A program made the position numbers and the translations under genes. The notes beneath the pieces were generated by a model. That model was not told the origin of the DNA, made no database searches, and saw only the letters and a program-made list of their open reading frames with translations. A DNA stretch of 61,714 bases from Nemertoderma westbladi (Eukaryota > Animalia > Xenacoelomorpha): the NCBI GenBank assembly GCA_032718475.1, contig JAUCBJ010007364.1, positions 1-61,714 on the forward strand. The letters are read 5' to 3'. Within the stretch, counting starts at the first letter, position 1. Each line of letters opens with the position of its first letter. Shown here in pieces: positions 11,381 to 24,529 of this stretch.

Positions 11381-14300
11381 TGGTGAATGTGCTATGGAGT
11401 ATGTCCCAGGGACAGTGTCAATAAGGACTCGTAGACTTCCTGGTGAATGTGCTATTGAGTATGTCCCAGGGACAGTGTCAATAAGGACTCGTAGACTTCC
11501 TGGTGAATGTGCTATTGAGTATGTCCCAGGGACAGTGTCAATAAGGACTCGTAGACTTCCTAGTGAATGTGCTATGGAGTATGTCCCAGGGACAGTGTCA
11601 ATAAGGACTCGTAGACTTCCTAGTGAATGTGCTATGGAGTATGTCCCAGGGACAGTGTCAATAAGGACTCGTAGACTTCCTAGTGAATGTGGTATGGAGT
11701 ATGTCCCAGGGACAGTGTCAATAAGGACTCGTAGACTTCCTGGTGAATGTGCTATTGAGTATGTCCCAGGGCCAGTGTCAATAAGGACTCGTAGACTTCC
11801 TGGTGAATGTGCTATGGAGTATGTCACAGGGACAGTGTCAATAAGGACTCGTAGACTTCCTGGTGAATGTGCTATGGAGTATGTCTCAGGGACAGTGTCA
11901 ATAAGGACTCGTAGACTTCCTGGTGAATGTGCTATGGAGTATGTCTCAGGGACAGTGTCAATAAGGACTCGTAGACTTCCTAGTGAATGTGGTATGGAGT
12001 ATGTCCCAGGGACAGTGTCAATAAGGACTCGTAGACTTCCTGGTGAATGTGCTATGGAGTATGTCCCAGGGACAGTGTCAATAAGGACTCGTAGACTTCC
12101 TAGTGAATGTGGTATGGAGTATGTCCCAGGGACAGTGTCAATAAGGACTAGTAGACTTGCTGGTGAATGTGGTATGGAGTATGTCCCAGGGACAGTGTCA
12201 ATAAGGACTCGTAGACTTCTTGGTGAATGTGCTATTGAGTATGTCCCAGGGACAGTGTCAATAAGGACTCGTAGACTTCCTAGTGAATGTGCTATTGAGT
12301 ATGTCCCAGGGACAGTGTCAATAAGGACTAGTAGACTTCCTGGTGAATGTGGTATGGAGTATGTCCCAGGGACAGTGTCAATAAGGACTCGTAGACTTCC
12401 TGGTGAATGTGCTATGGAGTATGTCCCAGGGACAGTGTCAATAAGGACTCGTAGACTTCCTAGTGAATGTGGTATTGAGTATGTCCCAGGGACAGTGTCA
12501 ATAAGGACTCGTAGACTTCCTAGTGAATGTGGTATTGATTATGTCCCAGGGACAGTGTCAATAAGGACTCGTAGACTTCCTGGTGAATGTGCTATTGAGT
12601 ATGTCCCAGGGACAGTGTCAATAAGGACTCGTAGACTTCCTGGTGAATGTGGTATGGAGTATGTCCCAGGGACAGTGTCAATAAGGACTCGTAGACTTCC
12701 TGGTGAATGTGCTATTGAGTATGTCCCAGGGACAGTGTCAATAAGGACTCGTAGACTTCCTGGTGAATGTGCTATTGAGTATGTCCCAGGGACAGTGTCA
12801 ATAAGGACTCGTAGACTTCCTGGTGAATGTGCTATGGAGTATGTCCCAGGGACAGTGTCAATAAGGACTCGTAGACTTCCTGGTGAATGTGCTATTGAGT
12901 ATGTCCCAGGGACAGTGTCAATAAGGACTCGTAGACTTCCTGGTGAATGTGCTATTGAGTATGTCCCAGGGACAGTGTCAATAAGGACTCGTAGACTTCC
13001 TGGTGAATGTGCTATTGAGTATGTCCCAGGGACAGTGTCAATAAGGACTCGTAGACTTCCTGGTGAATGTGCTATGGAGTATGTCCCAGGGACAGTGTCA
13101 ATAAGGACTCGTAGACTTCCTGGTGAATGTGCTATTGAGTATGTCCCAGGGACAGTGTCAATAAGGACTCGTAGACTTCCTAGTGAATGTGGTATGGAGT
13201 ATGTCCCAGGGACAGTGTCAATAAGGACTCGTAGACTTCCTAGTGAATGTGGTATGGAGTATGTCCCAGGGACAGTGTCAATAAGGACTCGTAGACTTCC
13301 TAGTGAATGTGCTATTGAGTATGTCCCAGGGCCAGTGTCAATAAGGACTCGTAGACTTCCTGGTGAATGTGCTATTAAGTATGTCCCAGGGACAGTGTCA
13401 ATAAGGACTCGTAGACTTCCTGGTGAATGTGCTATGGAGTATGTCCCAGGGACAGTGTCAATAAGGACTAGTAGACTTCCTGGTGAATGTGGTATTGAGT
13501 ATGTCCCAGGGACAGTGTCAATAAGGACTCGTAGACTTCCTAGTGAATGTGGTATGGAGTATGTCCCAGGGACAGTGTCAATAAGGACTATTAGACTTCC
13601 TGGTGAATGTGGTATTGAGTATGTCCCAGGGACAGTGTCAATAAGGACTCGTAGACTTCCTAGTGAATGTGGTATTGAGTATGTCCCAGGGACAGTGTCA
13701 ATAAGGACTCGTAGACTTCCTGGTGAATGTGCTATGGAGTATGTCCCAGGGACAGTGTCAATAAGGACTCGTAGACTTCCTGGTGAATGTGCTATGGAGT
13801 ATGTCCCAGGGACAGTGTCAATAAGGACTCGTAGACTTCCTGGTGAATGTGCTATGGAGTATGTCCCTGGGACAGTGTCAATAAGGACTCGTAGACTTCC
13901 TAGTGAATGTGGTATGGAGTATGTCCCAGGGACAGTGTCAATAAGGACTATTAGACTTCCTGGTGAATGTGGTATTGAGTATGTCCCAGGGACAGTGTCA
14001 ATAAGGACTCGTAGACTTCCTAGTGAATGTGGTATTGAGTATGTCCCAGGGACAGTGTCAATAAGGACTCGTAGACTTCCTGGTGAATGTGCTATGGAGT
14101 ATGTCCCAGGGACAGTGTCAATAAGGACTCGTAGACTTCCTGGTGAATGTGCTATGGAGTATGTCCCAGGGACAGTGTCAATAAGGACTCGTAGACTTCC
14201 TGGTGAATGTGCTATGGAGTATGTCCCAGGGACAGTGTCAATAAGGACTCGTAGACTTCCTGGTGAATGTGCTATGGAGTATGTCCCAGGGACAGTGTCA

Positions 14301-17300
14301 ATAAGGACTCGTAGACTTCCTGGTGAATGTGCTATGGAGTATGTCCCTGGGACAGTGTCAATAAGGACTCGTAGACTTCCTGGTGAATGTGCTATGGAGT
14401 ATGTCCCAGGGACAGTGTCAATAAGGACTCGTAGACTTCCTGGTGAATGTGCTATGGAGTATGTCCCAGGGACAGTGTCAATAAGGACTCGTAGACTTCC
14501 TGGTGAATGTGCTATGGAGTATGTCCCAGGGACAGTGTCAATAAGGACTCGTAGACTTCCTGGTGAATGTGCTATGGAGTATGTCCCAGGGACAGTGTCA
14601 ATAAGGACTCGTAGACTTCCTGGTGAATGTGCTATGGAGTATGTCCCAGGGACAGTGTCAATAAGGACTCGTAGACTTCCTGGTGAATGTGCTATGGAGT
14701 ATGTCCCAGGGACAGTGTCAATAAGGACTCGTAGACTTCCTGGTGAATGTGCTATGGAGTATGTCCCAGGGACAGTGTCAATAAGGACTCGTAGACTTCC
14801 TGGTGAATGTGCTATGGAGTATGTCCCAGGGACAGTGTCAATAAGGACTCGTAGACTTCCTGGTGAATGTGCTATGGAGTATGTCCCAGGGACAGTGTCA
14901 ATAAGGACTCGTAGACTTCCTGGTGAATGTGCTATGGAGTATGTCCCAGGGACAGTGTCAATAAGGACTCGTAGACTTCCTGGTGAATGTGCTATGGAGT
15001 ATGTCCCAGGGACAGTGTCAATAAGGACTCGTAGACTTCCTGGTGAATGTGCTATGGAGTATGTCCCAGGGACAGTGTCAATAAGGACTCGTAGACTTCC
15101 TGGTGAATGTGCTATGGAGTATGTCCCAGGGACAGTGTCAATAAGGACTCGTAGACTTCCTGGTGAATGTGCTATGGAGTATGTCCCAGGGACAGTGTCA
15201 ATAAGGACTCGTAGACTTCCTGGTGAATGTGCTATGGAGTATGTCCCAGGGACAGTGTCAATAAGGACTCGTAGACTTCCTGGTGAATGTGCTATGGAGT
15301 ATGTCCCAGGGACAGTGTCAATAAGGACTCGTAGACTTCCTGGTGAATGTGCTATGGAGTATGTCCCTGGGACAGTGTCAATAAGGACTCGTAGACTTCC
15401 TGGTGAATGTGCTATGGAGTATGTCCCAGGGACAGTGTCAATAAGGACTCGTAGACTTCCTGGTGAATGTGCTATGGAGTATGTCCCAGGGACAGTGTCA
15501 ATAAGGACTCGTAGACTTCCTGGTGAATGTGCTATGGAGTATGTCCCAGGGACAGTGTCAATAAGGACTCGTAGACTTCCTGGTGAATGTGCTATGGAGT
15601 ATGTCCCAGGGACAGTGTCAATAAGGACTCGTAGACTTCCTAGTGAATGTGCTATGGAGTATGTCCCAGGGACAGTGTCAATAAGGACTCGTAGACTTCC
15701 TAGTGAATGTGCTATGGAGTATGTCCCAGGGACAGTGTCAATAAGGACTCGTAGACTTCCTGGTGAATGTGGTATGGAGTATGTCCCAGGGACAGTGTCA
15801 ATAAGGACTCGTAGACTTCCTGGTGAATGTGCTATTGAGTATGTCCCAGGGCCAGTGTCAATAAGGACTCGTAGACTTCCTAGTGAATGTGGTATTGAGT
15901 ATGTCCCAGGGACAGTGTCAATAAGGACTCGTAGACTTCCTGGTGAATGTGGTATGGAGTATGTCCCAGGGACAGTGTCAATAAGGACTCGTAGACTTCC
16001 TGGTGAATGTGCTATGGAGTATGTCCCAGGGACAGTGTCAATAAGGACTCGTAGACTTCCTGGTGAATGTGCTATGGAGTATGTCCCAGGGACAGTGTCA
16101 ATAAGGACTCGTAGACTTCCTGGTGAATGTGCTATGGAGTATGTCCCAGGGACAGTGTCAATAAGGACTCGTAGACTTCCTGGTGAATGTGGTATTGAGT
16201 ATGTCCCAGGGACAGTGTCAATAAGGACTCGTAGACTTCCTGGTGAATGTGCTATGGAGTATGTCCCAGGGACAGTGTCAATAAGGACTCGTAGACTTCC
16301 TAGTGAATGTGGTATGGAGTATGTCCCAGGGACAGTGTCAATAAGGACTCGTAGACTTCCTAGTGAATGTGGTATGGAGTATGTCCCAGGGACAGTGTCA
16401 ATAAGGACTCGTAGACTTCCTGGTGAATGTGTATGAGTATCCCAGGGAAGTGTCAATAGGACTGTAGACTTCCTGTGAATGTGTATGGTATGTCCCAGGG
16501 ACAGTGTCAATAAGGACTCGTAGACTTCCTGGTGAATGTGCTATGGAGTATGTCCCAGGGACAGTGTCAATAAGGACTCGTAGACTTCCTAGTGAATGTG
16601 GTATGGAGTATGTCCCAGGGACAGTGTCAATAAGGACTCGTAGACTTCCTGGTGAATGTGCTATTGAGTATGTCCCAGGGACAGTGTCAATAAGGACTCG
16701 TAGACTTCCTGGTGAATGTGCTATTGAGTATGTCCCAGGGACAGTGTCAATAAGGACTCGTAGACTTCCTAGTGAATGTGGTATGGAGTATGTCCCAGGG
16801 ACAGTGTCAATAAGGACTCGTAGACTTCCTGGTGAATGTGCTATGGAGTATGTCCCAGGGACAGTGTCAATAAGGACTCGTAGACTTCCTGGTGAATGTG
16901 CTATGGAGTATGTCCCAGGGACAGTGTCAATAAGGACTCGTAGACTTCCTGGTGAATGTGCTATGGAGTATGTCCCTGGGACAGTGTCAATAAGGACTCG
17001 TAGTCTTCCTGGTGAATGTGCTATGGAGTATGTCCCAGGGACAGTGTCAATAAGGACTCGTAGACTTCCTGGTGAATGTGCTATGGAGTATGTCCCAGGG
17101 ACAGTGTCAATATTGACTCGTAGACTTCCTAGTGAATGTGGTATTGAGTATGTCCCAGGGACAGTGTCAATAAGGACTCGTAGACTTCCTAGTGAATGTG
17201 CTATTGAGTATGTCCCAGGGACAGTGTCAATAAGGACTCGTAGACTTCCTAGTGAATGTGGTATGGAGTATGTCCCAGGGACAGTGTCAATAAGGACTCG

Positions 17301-17965
17301 TAGACTTCCTAGTGAATGTGGTATGGAGTATGTCCCAGGGACAGTGTCAATAAGGACTCGTAGACTTCCTGGTGAATGTGGAATGTGGTATGGAGTATAT
17401 CCCAGGGACAGTGTCAATAAGGACTAGTAGACTTCCTGGTGAATGTGCTATTGAGTATGTCCCAGGGGCAGTGTCAATAAGGACTCGTAGACTTCCTAGT
17501 GAATGTGGTATGGAGTATGTCCCAGGGACAGTGTCAATAAGGACTCGTAGACTTCCTAGTGAATGTGGTATGGAGTATGTCCCAGGGACAGTGTCAATAA
17601 GGACTCGTAGACTTCCTGGTGAATGTGCTATTGAGTATGTCCCAGGGACAGTGTCAATAAGGACTCGTAGACTTCCTAGTGAATGTGGTATGGAGTATGT
17701 CCCAGGGACAGTGTCAATAAGGACTAGTAGACTTCCTGGTGAATGTGCTATTGAGTATGTCCCAGGGACAGTGTCAATAAGGACTCGTAGACTTCCTGGT
17801 GAATGTGCTATTGAGTATGTCCCAGGGGCAGTGTCAATAAGGACTCGTAGACTTCCTAGTGAATGTGGTATGGAGTATGTCCCAGGGACAGTGTCAATAA
17901 GGACTCGTAGACTTCCTGGTGAATGTGCTATTGAGTATGTCCCAGGGACAGTGTCAAGGACTCGC
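11381..17965. repeat. 60-bp minisatellite, about 110 units
   Basis: Unit tggtgaatgtgctatggagtatgtcccagggacagtgtcaataaggactcgtagacttcc with three common variable positions; phase breaks near 16430-16490 and 17380. Confidence 0.98.
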
Positions 17966-18247
17966 ACTTATTTTTTAAATAATAATAATAATCAATAAAA
18001 ATGAAACGCAGCAGTATTTAATTTCAACTAATTATATCCAATGTTAAATTATTAATTATACAGTATAACCCGCAGTAGGCTAATTTATACTATGATTCAA
18101 AATATTTACACGCACGGTGAGGAATTAAAATTATGGTTTTATTAAACCGTACATGCTGAAATTGATTAAATAAATAATTTTTTGCAACTCAAAGGCAATG
18201 TTCTGTTAAGAAGCAAATTGTACCATTGCTATAGATAGAATATCGGA

Positions 18248-19153
18248 TTAAACAATAATATATGGATTGATAATATGTTCAATAAACCATTCTTGTGTGA
18301 ACTGAAGATGATCTCCCGGAACAGTTAGGAAAGCGACCTTACCTAACTTAATCATTTCCTTTAGACCCAACCTATCTTCTGTGTACAACGGGCTCTCTTT
18401 CAACGTATACAATTCCTGCGCCTGTCCGGGTTTATAAAACCCAAACCATTCGCTTTCTCTGGGCACTACCATCCCATCCTTGAGAAACTTCACCAAAACC
18501 AAGTTGCTCAGCTTCTGCAGGTTGTCTTTGTAGGTCTGGTTCACCGACCTTTCCTGGTTTATATCAGCGAGGAACACTGATTTCTCTTTGTACTCGGCCT
18601 CGTTTAGGGGATCGTGCCAATACTCAGCCTGAACGAGATGGTTCTGTACAAATCCGACGTAAGCGCCGACGTTCAGCAGATCTCGGATCGTATCGCAGAT
18701 CTTAGAGGAGGCGGGACACCGCGGGAAACCGTAGACGCCCTGGTGCTGACCCCCCACCGAGAGGAGATTGCGCATGCGCGGTTCCGGACATCTTTGGGCG
18801 ACGGCGCGAAGGAACTGACCTCCTTGCGAGAAGCCGACGGCGTCGTAACCGTTAGCGAGTTTGGGATCGGACCTGATCTTGGCGCAGGCCATATCGATCT
18901 GCTCGTTGGAGTTCATGAAGAAACCGTTCTCTGTGTCCTCTATGATGTTGTTTCCAATCATTAGGGAGTGGACGTATCCTTCAGCTCCCAGATGCTTCTC
19001 TATTAGTCCCTTTATGGCTCCCATACTCAGCGGGTTGCAACAACTATCTCCCATCCCGTGCCATATAACAACGGCTTTTGGTGGAGCATTGGTCTCCAGA
19101 TGTGCGGCTGGTAAGATGACAAGAACCAGGTAGACAAGTCTCAATGCCGACAT
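18248..19153 (-). CDS. PPT1: Palmitoyl-protein thioesterase 1, single coding exon, 301 aa
   Basis: ATG at 19153 followed by a hydrophobic signal peptide; [17 protein letters not shown] (catalytic Ser), [23 protein letters not shown] (Asp), GDHLQF (His). Candidate AATAAA at 18143-18138. Confidence 0.96.
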   Translation of the reverse strand: MSALRLVYLVLVILPAAHLETNAPPKAVVIWHGMGDSCCNPLSMGAIKGLIEKHLGAEGYVHSLMIGNNIIEDTENGFFMNSNEQIDMACAKIRSDPKLANGYDAVGFSQGGQFLRAVAQRCPEPRMRNLLSVGGQHQGVYGFPRCPASSKICDTIRDLLNVGAYVGFVQNHLVQAEYWHDPLNEAEYKEKSVFLADINQERSVNQTYKDNLQKLSNLVLVKFLKDGMVVPRESEWFGFYKPGQAQELYTLKESPLYTEDRLGLKEMIKLGKVAFLTVPGDHLQFTQEWFIEHIINPYIIV

Positions 19154-19409
19154 ATTATACGAGAATATCGTGAAATTCTGTAATGTTGAAATCGTACTTA
19201 AATTTATCAACCTAATTAGTTCAATTAGACGCCCGAAGAATTTCGTATGAGATATTTTATAATACGGCCAAATGATTGTAATTATGTAATTACAAGTGGC
19301 GGAGGTAGGTTATAGTTGGTTAGATATCAAAGTTCACAAGCATTCAACCAATCAAAAGGCATGAAAATGAAGTTGGAGAGGTAAATAATTGCGATAAGAA
19401 ATCAATGTG

Positions 19410-19515
19410 TTTTACTTGTGGGGCGAGCCACGAAGTTGGCGGAGCCTTAGCGAATTGACACTGTTAGGGGGTGGGTCAATTTATGCAAATAGTTGTCGTC
19501 GTCGTCGTCGTCGTT

Positions 19516-19569
<54 letters not shown>

Positions 19570-19960
19570 GTCGTCGTTACGATTTTGACATGCTAATAAC
19601 TTTGTCGGATTTAAAGCTGCAAAGTTGAAAATTTGTAGGTATCAATATGAGCAAAAGTTGAGATTTTTGAGAGACTTTCAGACGCCATCAGTGCAATGGT
19701 CTCCCGCTAGAGGGCCACATGTCTAAACATTAAATGCCCTCCCATTTCTTTGCTTTTAATCCGTTTAAGCTGAAACTTGGCAGATATGTATTAGACCATT
19801 AGCTGTGACTTTCAAAGGAGGCGAATCCATCTGCAGTTCTCCAGTCTGCCGCTAGAGGGCCAACGTGACTATTTGCATAAATTGACCTACCCCCTAACAG
19901 TGTCAATTCGCTAAGGCTCTGCCAACTTCGTGCTGCGCGAAGTCCCCACTTCGTGTAGAT
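19410..19960. mobile_element. Helentron/DINE-1-like non-autonomous element with (CGT)n microsatellite
   Basis: About 65-bp subterminal inverted repeats (19429-19493 and 19869-19932) flanking (GTC)n at about 19495-19577; family assignment from architecture only. Confidence 0.6.
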
Positions 19961-20727
19961 TTAAACAATACGGGTCATCAGTTCGGAAAAAGGTTGAACC
20001 CAACTGTTATCAAACATTTATTTTTTTGTTTCAAAAACAAATCGTTGATAAATTGATTTTGTTAGTCCGTTTTAAGTATCACATTAAAAACAATTAATAT
20101 TTGATTATGAACACATCACTATTAATTAATAGCAAATAATATTACACAAATTAAATATTATACTGCCTAAAATAACAATAATAAAATTGTTAGTTAACTT
20201 AATTGGAATAACTGTATATAAATGAAACTATTTATTTCAAGCCGTATAATCTAGCACATTATATGATTACAGTGTGAGAGATTTCAGAGGTGAGACGACC
20301 CACGAAATAGGCGATCCATGGCTTAGCGTACGACAGGGTCAAATCGGCGTTGTCCATCTGTCCGACCGCAGGTCTGACTGTCTGCCTCAATTTTTGGACG
20401 CCAATATGTAAGCAACGGACAGTCACATTTGGTATGTACATGTATGTAGTAGATAAAATGTTTAAAAAGTTTAGAGAATTTTGGACAATAAATTATTGTC
20501 AATAGAACTGTACTCTTATCAAGTGCTAGAATACAACTTTGACTATTATATTATATTTTAATCGAAAATGAAAATATTTCTTTAAAAAAAATAAATGTTA
20601 ATTTATCACCCTGGTGCTGTTCCTTTTATAGTCGTTATAACTATAGTTGATTGTTAGCGGCAGTATACATTGCTGCATCATTATCATTATGTTTCGACAT
20701 CTACCGCTACTTACCTGTGCGGTGCGC

Positions 20728-21436
20728 CGGTGTAACAGGCTGAGATAACTCCCCAGTCTTCTCAGACTAAGCTGAGAAGACTCCCCAGTTTTCTCCCTAG
20801 ATTTCTTAATTAACGGAAAGGAGCAGGTTACAGTGGCGGGCTTTTCTAACCAAAACAATACACGATCACTCAATAACATAGGTTACAGTTATATTTTTGC
20901 TATATACGAAAATAACACAGGTACATGAATTATACGGTACATGAATTATAACTCAAATAGGGGAGTCATCTCAGCCTAAGGGGAGTGTCCTCAGCCTAGG
21001 CTGAGATAACTGGGGATTGTTCTCAGCATGGCTGAGATAACTGGGGAATGTTCTCAGCCTAGGCTGAGATAACTGGGGATTGTTCTCAGCCTAGGCTGAG
21101 ATAACTGGGGATTGTTCTCAGCATGGCTGAGATAACTGGGGAATGTTCTCAGCCTAGGCTGAGATAACTGGGGATTGTTCTCAGCATGGCTGAGATAACT
21201 GGGGAATGTTCTCAGCCTAGGCTGAGATAACTGGGGATTGTTCTCAGCATGGCTGAGATAACTGGGGAATGTTCTCAGCCTAGGCTGAGATAACTGGGGA
21301 GTATTCTCAGCCTAGGGGTTGAGACGACTGAGGAGTGTTCTCAGCTTAGGTTGAGACGACTGAGGAGTGTTCTCAGCCGAGGCTGAGATGACTGGGGAGT
21401 CATTTCAAGAGGGAGTTATCTCAGCCTTGTATACCG
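20728..21436. mobile_element. MITE with about 26-bp TIRs and an internal 32/33-bp self-complementary tandem repeat
   Basis: CGGTGTAACAGGCTGAGATAACTCCC versus GGGAGTTATCTCAGCCTTGTATACCG. Array of ggctgagataactgggg..ttctcagcct at about 20960-21425. Confidence 0.75.
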
Positions 21437-21699
21437 ATACATTATACTGATACACCGTGTAATGAATGCTGACTCGGCCATACGACAAAAGTACGGTGAC
21501 CGCACGGTAAGAAATTGTGATATTTGTCGCTACAGCTGCCGTCAGGCGGCGGTACGGTATGTCTGGTATGCCGTACAGCAATAGACTTACCGTCGTAAAA
21601 CAACTGCAGAATCAGTACGGCAATAGACTATACGGTAGTAAAACAACTTCGACGTTGACGTACGTACGGCTGAGTATAAATGGGCCTATATAGGTGAAG

Positions 21700-21915
21700 T
21701 TTTAAAACACCCGGGACCATCCAAAGGCTCCTCTCTTGGATGTTACCTATAAGGCTGGGAGAGCACCACACTAACTCCCAAGGGTGAATGAACACTTCGT
21801 AAACAACTAACCCCTTTTATTTACTCCCCCAGCAGGTTCCCATATCACTGGGTTGGCGCACCAGTTACACGGCTACAAGCAAAACCTGTGACCACTCCAC
21901 CAGCTAGCTGATAGT
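21700..21915 (-). mobile_element. Possible degenerate tRNA-derived SINE
   Basis: A-box-like TGGTGGAGTGG near the minus-strand 5' end; B-box poor. Confidence 0.25.
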
Positions 21916-22257
21916 ACCCTAACTAAAAAGTAATGTCTTATGGATAATTCTGGATTATCACCTGCTATATAATCTTCTACAGAAAACATCACGTTTTACA
22001 CCTACGGAGTTAGAAATATTTTCAATTTCGAATAAAAGTGATTTATTTATTTTTGTACTTATAATATTTGACTCAGTAGCCCCAGTACAGAGCACAATGG
22101 ATCCTCAAATAATCTTTGTAACAAAAGCGACGTCAACAATTTAATAAATCCAAAACTAAATCGCAAATATATGTCGACAAAAATCCAAACAACTTGGCCC
22201 TCGGCAATTATTATGTTCTTCTATCAATAATTGAGAATGGAATTGTATTGTAAATAA

Positions 22258-22328
22258 CTAGGATTTCTTTGTCGTTGTAGTTTGTCTAAACAATTGCTTC
22301 AATTGGTATTTCCGATCATTGACGCAGC
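22258..22328 (-). CDS. TTLL9: TTLL9 last coding exon (G)CVNDRKYQLKQLFRQTTTTKKS*
   Basis: Acceptor ttgtttag at 22329; stop TAG at 22260-22258; phase 1 matches the previous exon. Confidence 0.88.
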
Positions 22329-22527
22329 CTAAACAACAATTAATGGATAAATTATGTTAACGATTTATAATTTTTTCTAACTGGATGAGAAACACACACG
22401 TGGGCTAAGACTTATTGATTCAAAAAAGTATATAGTGAACAGTTTAAAGTATAATCTGCCAAGTGTTAAGCTAACGTTATACAAAAGCAAGGTCAAGTGC
22501 GTTGATTATAATGCGTATTCTACGGTA

Positions 22528-23740
22528 ACGCAATAACTTCGTATAGCGGGTGTTACTAACCGATGGTGACGCAATAACCCGTAGCGGGTGTTACTAACCG
22601 ATAGTGACACAATAACCCGTAGCGGGAGTTACTAACCGATGGTGACACAATAACCCGTAGCGGGTGTTACTAACCGATGGTGACGCAATAACCCGTAGCG
22701 GGTGTTACTAACCGATGGTGACGCAATAAGCCGTAGCGGGTGTTACTAACCGATGGTGACGCAATAACCCGTAGCGGGTGTTACTAACCGATGGTGACGC
22801 AATAACCCGTAGCGGGTGTTACTAACTGATGGTGACGCAAAAACCCGTAGCGGGTGTTACTAACCGATGGTGACGCAATAACCCGTAGCGGGTGTTACTA
22901 ACTGATGGTGACGCAAAAACCCGTAGCGGGTGTTACTAACCGATGGTGACGCAATAACCCGTAGAGGGTGTTACTAACCGATGGTGACGCAATAACCCGT
23001 AGAGGGTGTTACTAACCGATGGTGACGCAATAACCCGTAGAGGGTGTTACTAACCGATGGTGACGCAATAACCCGTAGAGGGTGTTACTAACCGATGGTG
23101 ACGCAATAACCCGTAGAGGGTGTTACTAACCGATGGTGACGCAATAACCCGTAGAGGGTGTTACTAACCGATGGTGACGCAATAACCCGTAGCGGGTGTT
23201 ACTAACCGATGGTGACGCAATAACCCGTAGCGGGTGTTACTAACCGATGGTGACGCAATAACCCGTAGCGGGTGTTACTAACCGATGGTGACGCAATAAC
23301 CCGTAGCGGGTGTTACTAACCGATGGTGACGCAATAACCCGTAGAGGGTGTTACTAACCGATGGTGACGCAATAACCCGTAGAGGGTGTTACTAACCGAT
23401 GGTGACGCAATAACCCGTAGAGGGTGTTACTAACCGATGGTGACGCAATAACCCGTAGAGGGTGTTACTAACCGATGGTGACGCAATAACCCGTAGAGGG
23501 TGTTACTAACCGATGGTGACGCAATAACCCGTAGAGGGTGTTACTAACCGATGGTGACGCAATAACCCGTAGAGGGTGTTACTAACCGATGGTGACGCAA
23601 TAACCCGTAGCGGGTGTTACTAACCGATGGTGACGCAATAACCCGTAGAGGGTGTTACTAACCGATGGTGACGCAATAACCCGTAGAGGGTGTTACTAAC
23701 CGATGGTGACGCAATAACCCGTAGCGGGTGTTACTAACCG
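22528..23740. repeat. 38-bp minisatellite, about 31 units, starting at a TTLL9 splice donor
   Basis: Minus-strand unit cg|gttagtaacacccgctacgggttattgcgtcaccat; the first unit supplies the real donor at 23738. Confidence 0.95.
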
Positions 23741-23863
23741 AGAAAGGAATTAGTTGAATACAGAGGATTCGGGAGACAGTCGGTACCGACGTCGTCACAA
23801 TAAACCGGTCCATCGTTCCACATCAAATCGAAACCTCCAACCTGCTTCTCTCTACCTGTCAAC
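23739..23863 (-). CDS. TTLL9: TTLL9 exon LTGREKQVGGFDLMWNDGPV...NSFL(G)
   Basis: ttttatag acceptor; donor G|GTTAGT. Confidence 0.92.
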
Positions 23864-24353
23864 CTATAAAAGAGTTTGGCTAAATCAGTATAAATCGAGT
23901 ATAAAACAGATTGAACTGAGAGAATTGGTTGAGAATAGAACAACAGAAACTGATTGGGAGCAATCATTAAACTCAATCCGACAGAATTAGTTTAGAATGG
24001 CACAGAGAATTATGTTGTGATTATTAACTGACTGCATTACTAACATTGCACTTCGGTTTCAACGTTTATGATTCAGAATAATTAAAAATAATTATGGTGC
24101 CGTAATTTGACCGCAAGTAATAAAGTGATCTTCAGTACATGTGAAATAGGGTTCTGTTTATTGTTTTGGTTAGAAAACACCGACACTGGGGTCAATTTGC
24201 GCCATTAACTCTTATGATTATAGCATTACCCGCCCCAACATAATATTTGAGCTTATATTAGATTATACTAGATTATTAAGTTGAAATGTTGTCGTTTATT
24301 ATGTTTTATAAGCATCTTTAACATATATAACTTTACGTATCAAATCAACTCAC

Positions 24354-24467
24354 TTGTATTCCATGTCCAGAACAGTTAACATATCATCCAAGAGACCGAC
24401 TTTAAGATCATAATCTTCCTGACTGCTGGCTGTCAGGGATGGGGAAGCGTTCACCTCCAATAACCAA
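24354..24467 (-). CDS. TTLL9: TTLL9 exon [37 protein letters not shown](K)
   Basis: Catalytic ExN motif; acceptor ttttatttaaag; donor AA|GTGAGT. Confidence 0.93.
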
Positions 24468-24529
24468 CTTTAAATAAAAAAAATATGAGAAATATTGTAC
24501 ACAAATTCAATGTGAATTCATCGGTTATG

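Noticed and set aside
16430-16495. Two heavily deleted 60-bp units as a biological boundary
   Set aside because: A cluster of single-base deletions amid clean units looks like a consensus or read-join error; cannot be judged without reads.
11394-17998. 1680-aa, 1323-aa and related repeat ORFs
   Set aside because: Expected from a stop-free 60-bp unit; open on both strands, no unique domain, and broken by indels. No evidence of coding function.
18614-19133. Plus-strand ORFs over PPT1; likewise ORFs antisense to Gag, the CRE fragment and the transposase
   Set aside because: Antisense shadows of real coding sequence.
19154-19210. N-terminal extension of PPT1 in the ORF track
   Set aside because: Starts at a non-ATG codon; the ATG at 19153 directly precedes the signal peptide.
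19407-19628. Arg-rich protamine-like ORF
   Set aside because: Translation of the (CGT)n microsatellite inside a mobile element.
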